Positions 54,573 through 64,000 of a stretch of 64,000 bases of DNA are shown here, piece after piece (position 1 is the stretch's first letter; the number at the start of each line of letters is the position of its first letter). Source of the DNA: Eledone cirrhosa (taxonomy: Eukaryota); the NCBI GenBank assembly GCA_964016885.1, contig OZ024752.1, forward strand, positions 9,362,001 through 9,426,000, given 5' to 3'. Made by a program: the position numbers and the translations under genes. The notes under the pieces were generated by a model that did no database searches, was not told the DNA's origin, and worked only from the letters and a program-made list of their open reading frames with translations.

Positions 54573-55116
54573 TCTGCACGTATGTGTGAATGCATGTGGT
54601 GGAGTTCAAAAATCAATAGCGTAAGGTCTTCTAAATGTTTTTAATTAAACATACGGTATATTGCCAAATATACTATACATACATTCATGTATACATCGCT
54701 ATTTTATAGCACCAATCCTAATATATAACAATATCAGTTTCAACACACGACTTCATATCAAAAAGCTTGCAAAACAAATACATCTCTGTTTATCATATCA
54801 TTAAGTGACAAAACAACAACAACAATAATAACAGCCACAAAACAACAACAACAACAACAACAACAATAACAGCCACAAAACAACAGCCAAATATTTTTCA
54901 TGATTCACTTGAGATTAAAGAACATCAAGTGGTAGAAACAAGCAAGTATAAACGGAACAAGCAGAGGAAGAAATAGATGATGACAGTGACCAATAAATTA
55001 TGAGAAATAACGATATACAAGCAACAACAACAACAGCAACAACAATGACTATCGACAGCAGAAGGTGTAACAAGTAACAACAAAATATCTTGAATCAAAT
55101 TATCGAACACACACAA

Positions 55117-55167
<51 letters not shown>

Positions 55168-55218
55168 AGTTGATTGCTTGAAACATTGCGTGCTGTGTTG
55201 TGGCAAATGTGATATACA

Positions 55219-55270
<52 letters not shown>

Positions 55271-55407
55271 TGTATGTATGTATGTATGTATGTATGTATG
55301 TATGTGTGTATGTGTGTATGTGTGTATGTATGTATGTATGTATGTGTGTATGTGTGTATGTGTGTATGTATGTATGTGTGTATGTGTGTATGCGCGCGCG
55401 TGCGTGT

Positions 55408-55982
<575 letters not shown>

Positions 55983-56053
55983 TTAAAATCATGTTCTAAG
56001 ACTAAACAGGTCATTCATTCTTATTTTTTTATATATGTATATATATATATATA

Positions 56054-56377
56054 CTAGCCGAATTACCCGCGCCTTGCTGCGTTTCACACATTTTTTTTGC
56101 AAGAAAATGATGATTGATTTTAAATCAGTGATATAATTTATGGAGAAAACTCCATTAGGGTGTCTTAATATTATTTCATATAAATCGAAGGGAAAACATT
56201 TTCAGCGGGGCTTTTCAGCGGGGGTTTGTGCTCCCGGGGAACCCTTTGATTAAAATGAAATATACTTATCCAAGTACACTGGGCAATGTAGTTTCAGAAT
56301 ATATATGGTTATGGGGGTCTATCTCCAAAACTATAGGAGGAGTTCATGAACAAACAAACAAACAGACAGGAACAACA

Positions 56378-56395
<18 letters not shown>
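56054..56395 (-). mobile_element. Probable non-autonomous Helitron
   Basis: Minus strand starts (TA)n-AAAGTTG..(GTTT)n and ends with GC-rich CGCAGCAAGGCGCGGG shortly before a terminal CTAG|T. Confidence 0.55.
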
Positions 56396-56450
<55 letters not shown>

Positions 56451-56823
56451 GTTTTATTGAGTACATGTGTGAGTGTGCGCCTGTGTATGCGCATATGTGA
56501 GCAAATGATCACACGTTTATATGTGTGTGTGTTCGTATTTCTATTTAGACGCACATACACTTATATGAGAATATATACGTCTACGTACTATTACGTATAA
56601 GCGTGTGTTTGAGTGCGTGTGTTTATGTTTTGGATATTTATTTATATTTTTTTCCCCGTTATTTGATTTCAGCCCCACTTTCATATTTCCTAAATTTTGT
56701 TTTTAAATCCATATTTAATAAACATTCCATATTATTCTTTTTGACGACTGAAGACAGATATAAATATCTGCTCTTCAAGAAACCACTGGTAAATGAATTA
56801 ATTATTTTATGTTGTTTATTACA

Positions 56824-56862
<39 letters not shown>

Positions 56863-56951
56863 GAAAAGAGTCGGGACCCCGACGGCTGAGCTCCGGCCGT
56901 GTCGATAGCTAGATTCGAAATCATGTTATAAGTCTAAACTGGTTATTCATT

Positions 56952-56985
<34 letters not shown>

Positions 56986-57147
56986 TAAATTTAGTCCTTC
57001 ATGAGGGATCTTCCAGCCTTCATTGGTATTTCATCGCTTTAAAGACCATATACCTCTGGCTGGTGCGAGCAACGGCTAAAGAAAGTCGTTGGACACGTAA
57101 ATAGGGGGAACGAGCGAGACAGTAAACAAACAAAGATGGTAATGCAA

Positions 57148-57310
57148 CGAGAGAGCGAGAGAGCGAGAGAGAGCGAGAGCGAGAGAGAGAGAGAGCGAGA
57201 GCGAGAGCGAGAGAGAGAGCGAGAGAGCGAGAGAGAGAGAGCGAGAGCGAGAGAGCGAGAGAGAGCGAGAGAGCGAGAGAGAGAGCGAGAGAGAGAGAGA
57301 GCGAGAGAGC

Positions 57311-57341
<31 letters not shown>

Positions 57342-57544
57342 GGTGAGAGCGAGAGAGCGAGAGAGAGAGAGCGAGAGAGAGAGCGAGAGAGAGAGAGAGC
57401 GAGAGAGCGAGAGCGAGAGAGCGAGAGAGAGAGCGAGAGCGAGAGAGAGAGAGAGCGAGAGAGAGAGAGCGAGAGAGAGAGAGCGAGAGAGAGAGAGCGA
57501 GAGAGAGAGCGAGAGAGAGAGAGAGAGAGCGAGCGAGCGAGAGC

Positions 57545-57600
<56 letters not shown>

Positions 57601-57793
57601 GAGAGCGAGAGAGCGAAAGAGAGAGAGAGAGAGAGCGAGAGAGAGAGCGAGAGCGAGAGAGAGAGAGAGCGAGAGAGCGAGAGCGAGAGAGAGAGCGATA
57701 GAGAGAGAGAGAGAGAGCGAGCGAGAGAGAGCGAGAGAGAGAGAGAGAGCGAGAGAGAGAGAGAGCGAGAGAGCGAGAGAGAGAGAGAGAGAG

Positions 57794-57827
<34 letters not shown>

Positions 57828-58028
57828 CGATAGAGAGCGAGAGAGCGAGCGAGAGAGCGAGAGAGCGAGAGAGCGAGAGAGAGCGAGAGAGCGAGCGAGA
57901 GAGAGAGAGAGCGAGAGAGCGAGAGAGCGAGCGAGAGAGCGAGAGAGAGCGAGCGAGAGAGCGAGAGAGCGAGCGAGAGAGCGAGAGAGAGAGCGAGAGA
58001 GCGAGCGAGAGAGAGAGCGAGAGAGAGA
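57148..58028. repeat. (GA)n/(GAGC) microsatellite
   Basis: Directly visible. Confidence 0.97.
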
Positions 58029-58686
58029 TGAGTAACAGTTTCCTGCCGAGCCGCTGAACGCTTCTAATTGACAAAGACTTTCTCTTTGAGGTAGGCTCCC
58101 CCTACTCCCAAAGGAATAAACACAAATTGAAAGATCAGACGAACGAGCGAGCTTGGAAATTACATAGTCGTAAACATTTCTTTAGATAACGTTGATGACA
58201 GCTTTTGTTGTATGGCCAGTCATTTGGTCTTGTCCAAACTATACCTGTCACGTAGCGATTGGTCAATTCTGGGGAAAAAGAAACCAGTGGAAATTCACTT
58301 TTATATTGCATACTAACCATTTTCAAAGAAATATATATGCCTATCACACCAAAGTTTGTAACACAGCATTGCATTACACAGTTACATGAACGCAGGGATG
58401 AATAGTATCAATCTTAAAGACCGAAATTAGTGGTTTTACAGAGGTTGGCTGAGGAGATGGGATTGTATATCTATGTCCAATGCACCCCATGTTTTGAATT
58501 AATATTCTAAAGAGTTAGTCATGTGAACTTTCTTTGAAATTGTTCCTATATATATATATATATATACACACACAGAGTCAGGACAACAGGGGTCCTGACT
58601 CTTTTCCTATTACCCACTCTATTACACTAAGTATCGAGTACTCTGGTGCGTCATGGTCCATCTGGTATCTTACCACAGCCTCTTTG

Positions 58687-58757
<71 letters not shown>

Positions 58758-58936
58758 AAGGGTAAACGGAAACAAAGCAAACACAGTACAGTTAGTTTAA
58801 CGCATGGGGCAACCACAGCTAGTAAGGTACTTAATACACAAGTAGAGCGTAAACATCACGTTTAATATAGAAATAGCGTCTAAAGAACTGTTTCTTGATA
58901 ATTTCTTTTGAATGAAACAGTTCTAGTCCTGTAAAA

Positions 58937-58984
<48 letters not shown>

Positions 58985-59548
58985 AACGAGTAGGACTCCG
59001 ACGGCTGAGCTCAAGCCGTTTCGACGGCTAATTCTGGATAAAAAAAAACGGCTTGAGCTCAGCCGTCGGGGTCCTACTCGTTCCTATTACCCACTCTACT
59101 ACCCTAAGTATTGAGTACTTTGGTGCGTTATGGTCCACCTGGTTCCTTACCACATTTCCTTCGTTATATATATATAGTAATAAACGAAAGATATACACTT
59201 TATATCATCTCTATTTAATACATTTCGAAGATGAAAAGTTTTACGTATAAAATAAAACAAAACATGTTCTCCTCAGACAAAATACATAGAAAATGTATAA
59301 ATGTTTCCTGATATGCTAGTAGACAAACTAACTGGATATATCGATGACTCCCAAGCATGCATATATATATGATTCAGTTTAGGAAAGTTGGTTGGTCAGA
59401 TAATCCACCGACTTTGGTCGTAAACAGCCGTAAAGTACTCACCGATTTGTATTCGTTAAAGAGTTATCAATAAGGTATCAACCGGAGTGTCGATATTATA
59501 AAGAAGAATGACGCTTTAACATGTACATCCTCTGTTTATTATATATTT

Positions 59549-59617
59549 CTGCTATACGTATTTCAAAGACGTCAAAGTGATTGCAAAATAACCCTTTGAC
59601 GTGTTCTCTTCAGACAG
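59549..59617 (-). ncRNA. Minimal hammerhead ribozyme, family E, within palindrome 59521-59740
   Basis: CTGT-CTGAAGA-gaacacgtcaaag/ctttgacgtcttt-GAAA-TACGTA-TA-GCAG; palindromic stem III ATACGTAT. Confidence 0.78.
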
Positions 59618-59849
59618 GTGGAAAGTTGTGGTATTTTTGTTTTTGATATAAAGAGAACACATCAAAGGGTTATCATGCAATCACTTTGACGTCTTCGAAA
59701 TACGTATAACATGATTATATAATAAGCAGAGGATGTACATTTAAAACCGCCTCTCTTTATATATATATATATATCCGGGAGCTTCCAACAGTAATGGTTG
59801 CATTTTTTAAGGGTATGTCAATATTTATTTATAAAACTGCTCTATATTA

Positions 59850-59914
59850 TATTTTATCTGATGAAAGCACACCATAATTTAACTTGGTGTCCTTGAAATA
59901 TGTATAATGAAATA
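59850..59914 (+). ncRNA. Minimal hammerhead ribozyme, family B
   Basis: TATTTTAT-CTGATGA-aagcacacca/tggtgtcctt-GAAA-TATGTA-TA-ATGAAATA. Confidence 0.8.
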
Positions 59915-59953
59915 AATATGGTTTTATAAATATAGTTTCCATTTGTTAATATC

Positions 59954-60007
<54 letters not shown>

Positions 60008-60163
60008 TATATATAATATATATATATATAATATATATATATATAATATATATATATATAATATATATATATATAATATATAATATATATATAATATATA
60101 TATATAATATATATATAATATATATATAATATATATATAATATATATATAATATATATATAAT

Positions 60164-60195
<32 letters not shown>

Positions 60196-60979
60196 ATATA
60201 TATATATAATATATATATATAATATATATATATCGCATGCGTTATGACCTTGAGCAAGACACTTTATTTCACGTTGCTCCATCTACCTGGAGTTGCGACC
60301 GATAGATAGTATTAGCAATTGGAAAGACCAACGGAAACATTGTTCCCTCGGTCCGATTTGACAAAAGTCGATCGTTCCTTTATATATACACACATATATA
60401 TATATATATATACACATATATATATATATATATAGATACATACACATACACACCTACCCCCTCTTACACACACATATATATATAAATATACATACATACA
60501 CACCTAGCCACACACATATTCCTTTACCCTTCCTACGGAAATAATTCATATATATATATAACAAAGAAGGTGTGGTAAGATACCAGGTGGACCATAATAC
60601 ACCAGAGTACTCAATACTTAGGGTAGTAGAGTGTGTAATATGAAAAGAGTCAGGACCCCGACGGCTGAACTCCGGCCGTTTCGACAGCTAGATCCGAACT
60701 AAATCGGATCTAGCTGTCGAAACGGCCGGAGTTCAGCCGTCGGGGTCCTGACGCTTTTCATGTATATATATATATATATATAATAGCAAAGTACCAGTCA
60801 ACATGAGCGAATGTTTAGGAAAAAAATTAATTTATTAATTCCTTGATTATAGTAGTAGTAGTAGTAGTCAGAAATATTTTGTTTGTGTTTTTTTCAGAAG
60901 GGAGAAAACCTTGTAAAAAAACTGCTTGTCTGTTTGTAACTCTTCCTAGACTCACAAATGTTTTGTGTTTTATTATAAT

Positions 60980-61164
60980 TGTTTCTACTTTAGGCACAAG
61001 GCCAGCAATTACCCAGTGTATTACTGGTACTTTATTTTATCGACCCCGTAAGGATGAAAGGCAAAGTCAACCTTGGCGGGATTTGAACTCAGATCGTAAA
61101 GGGACGTAACTATGCTGGAAAGCATGGCGTCTGACCCTCTACCGATACTGCCAATCCACCGCCC
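60980..61164 (-). mobile_element. SINE S1 with 18-bp target-site duplication
   Basis: TTTGTGTTTTATTATAAT at 60962-60979 and 61165-61182. Confidence 0.92.
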
Positions 61165-61944
61165 TTTGTGTTTTATTATAATGATACATATATCCTGCTA
61201 GAAACAGCATCCATATCTTTCTTAAATTTCACCGTGTTAAATATCGAAGGATACATTGAATAATGTAATCTCTGTCATTCCACCCCACCACCGCCACAAA
61301 AAACAGCAGCAACTACTACTACTACTACATCACTATTACAGCTAGTTTCTTCTGAGACCACTACTACTACTACTTCTACTACTACATCACTATTACAGCT
61401 AGTTTCTTCTGAGACTACTACTACTACTAAACGCCACGAAAACCTAATTCTTTTAGCTAAGAGCTACCATACCTAAAGTGGTGAGCTTAAAATATATTTT
61501 AATCAATTATAAATTATAACTCTAATGAGAAGAAAAGTAATTAAAATTAATGGAAATTAATTTTAAAAGATGTCTAATAAAAGTGAAACACAGCTAGAGT
61601 TGTCACCATAACAGCCAAAGATCAGACTCACTTTCATCTGCCATTATACACTTTTTGGTCGATAGAAATTTTGAAATTTTTAGAAGTTGACACCATGATC
61701 CGATAATTTTTATTAACGCTAAATATTTTGATGAGTGGTCAGATTTGAGAGTTCACACCCTTGGTCTGTTGATTTTTTAAAATTTATTAATTGTTTCTAC
61801 TTTTGGCACAAGGCCAGCAATTATCCCAGTACATTACTGGTACTTTATTTTATCGACCCCGTAAGGATGAAAGGCATGGCGTCCGACCCTCTACCGATAC
61901 TGCCAATCCACCGCCCTTTTATTATTTATTAATGCTAAACAGTT

Positions 61945-62090
61945 TTCATCATAATCTTCATCATCTGGCGGCCTCAACCGAAATGGACTCAGCAATTGAT
62001 CTCCACGTGGGTCTGTCGTTCATTGCCGTTGCCAAGTCCTGGATTTCAATACCAGAATCTCTGGAGATGACATCGGGGTAGGAGAGCTTG
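61945..62090 (-). mobile_element. RTE LINE 3' end
   Basis: LSYPDVISRDSG...DLATAMNDRPTWRSI...* followed by a (TGA)n-like tail. Confidence 0.7.
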
Positions 62091-62772
62091 CGCCTCCTGT
62101 TATTAGTGACTGCTTGTGGTTTCCAAAGCACTAATGGGGACACAGCCTCAGAGGTGGCACGATGGCAGTGGCCAGCAAATCTTACTCTACTTTTACGTAC
62201 AACAGATATGCGTGGGAGACCGGTATATATCTCTCTAAAAGGCAGATGTCGCTAGCTTATGAAGTTCACACCTTTAATTTGTTAAAATTCATTAACGTTA
62301 AAGATTTTGAGGAGTGGTCACATTTGGGAGTTCACACCCTTGACGTGTTAATTTTTATAAACGCTAAAGGGTTTTAGGCATTGCCACTGATGGAAGTTCG
62401 CACCTTTAATTTGTTAACGCTAAAGATTTTTCTTTTAGTTTGTTTATAATTTGAATTAATTAAACGCTGTTCTAGGCTCACCACTCTAAATATAGTTTTC
62501 CGAACTTAACTATATGGTATTCATGCAGATGAGCCTTTAGGGCAAATATCCAGAATCATTAAGTTAATTTACCTTATCACGGAGTTGTAGTATTTCCAGC
62601 AGAGCTTGGGAAAACATGCTTCACGGCACAGAGTTACTTCCCTTTACGTTCTGAGTTCATTCACTTAACATGCATGTGTGACCAATGGCCGGTGAGCGGT
62701 TAGTATGGAAGTGCCTCCTCCAATATACAGAGGTGGATATAACTGGATCTCAAAACCTAAAGTCTCACATAC

Positions 62773-62857
62773 ATTAAGTGTCTGAAACTTTATACTAAAT
62801 AATCTTTCTTGCATTAGATTAAGCATCGTTTTCTTTGATCTTCCATCTAAGGGTATC
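62773..62857 (-). other. Possible isolated 85-nt exon of an unknown host gene
   Basis: (TG)n-CAG acceptor, open frame IPLDGRSKKTMLNLMQERLFSIKFQTLN, GTATGT donor; no recognisable homology. Confidence 0.25.
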
Positions 62858-62892
<35 letters not shown>

Positions 62893-63840
62893 TACATATA
62901 TATATACTGTATATATATATATATATATATATATAAACACACACACCCAAGTCAATGAAATAAATCTAGATGAAATATTGAGGTTGAAAACCGTTGAAGG
63001 TGATTATCCAACATGGCGGCTGTCCAATGATCAAAACCAAGTATAAACCAAAAGATTTTATAAAGAAGTTTTCTACGTTTGTGTCATTTCTGAAATAACG
63101 AGTGAACTCCACTTTGGGCTTTCGTTACTGGCAAAATAAGAACAGGGTGACATTTTTTTAATACACATTTTGCTGAGATATGAACAAAACAAAGTTTAGT
63201 GGATGAAAAAAATTAACATTTGCAAAGAGCATTGTTGTTGTGGATACGGAGTTAATAAATTTCACATATGCAAACATGAAATCTCGCTATGATGGTGATT
63301 ATGTTTAAGCAGTGTGCTTTAATACCAAGAAAACAAATGTTTATAGTTACAATTATGAGTCTGTAGATATATATTGCAAGATTCTCATTAATTTCTTGTT
63401 TTTTCATAGCTAATCTTTCTCTTGCTTGTTTTTGATGTGACGTGTAGGCGTTACACATTAACCGAAAAATATAAATACAAGAAAAAGCCCTACAAAAATC
63501 AACATCTACAATCACCCTACCACACACACCTCACCATAACAATGTAGGATTTTGGATGTTTGGAATAGAAAGATAAAAACAAACTCAGTATGTTATGAAC
63601 GCATTTTATTGATGATTATTATCGATAACTTCCAAGATTTCTGAATTTTATGTGAGCATTACATACACTGGTGCTGCTTAGTTCTGTTGTAGTTCCATCA
63701 AGGTTTTTCTTGCCAGCACACTTTCTATGCTCTTTTTTACTATGTTATTATCACAGGCCACACAAGAAAATAGTGTCAAGCTGACATTTTGGCAGCTGGT
63801 AATATTTCTTTTATTTCCACATCAGTAGAGACGACATCTG

Positions 63841-63882
<42 letters not shown>

Positions 63883-64000
63883 CTCTCTCACAAATCCTAA
63901 TATACATTCACATACCTTCATACATCACACTCTTTGAATCTTAATATACTTACACACACACACACACAAAGACACAGACACACACTAAAATACACACACA

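Noticed and set aside
57136-58074. ER/SR-rich protein or GAGA promoter
   Set aside because: A (GA)n microsatellite with no independent evidence for coding or promoter function.

Overview
This is AT-rich eukaryotic DNA dominated by microsatellites. The repeat content resembles a coleoid cephalopod such as octopus, which is an inference. No host gene can be called with confidence, and nearly all long ORFs in the supplied track are microsatellite artefacts. Bases 494-12142 recur at 12343-23288 across a 200-N gap, probably a haplotype or assembly duplication. Recognisable transposons are a 5'-truncated CR1-type LINE with an intact RT frame, a Penelope-like element (PLE) RT-thumb/GIY-YIG fragment running off the left edge (absent from the ORF track), a deleted mariner, RTE and Tx1 LINE ends, bipartite RTE-derived short elements, two tRNA-SINE types and a probable non-autonomous Helitron. 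The most striking signal is a set of about eight unrelated short non-coding families lying between (TA)n tracts. Each carries a type I hammerhead ribozyme motif (stem I-CUGANGA-stem II-GAAA-short, often self-complementary stem III-UH-stem I'), and many are arranged as long fold-back palindromes. These look like PLE pseudo-LTR derivatives that target microsatellites. All ribozyme calls are by-eye structure matches and have not been tested.
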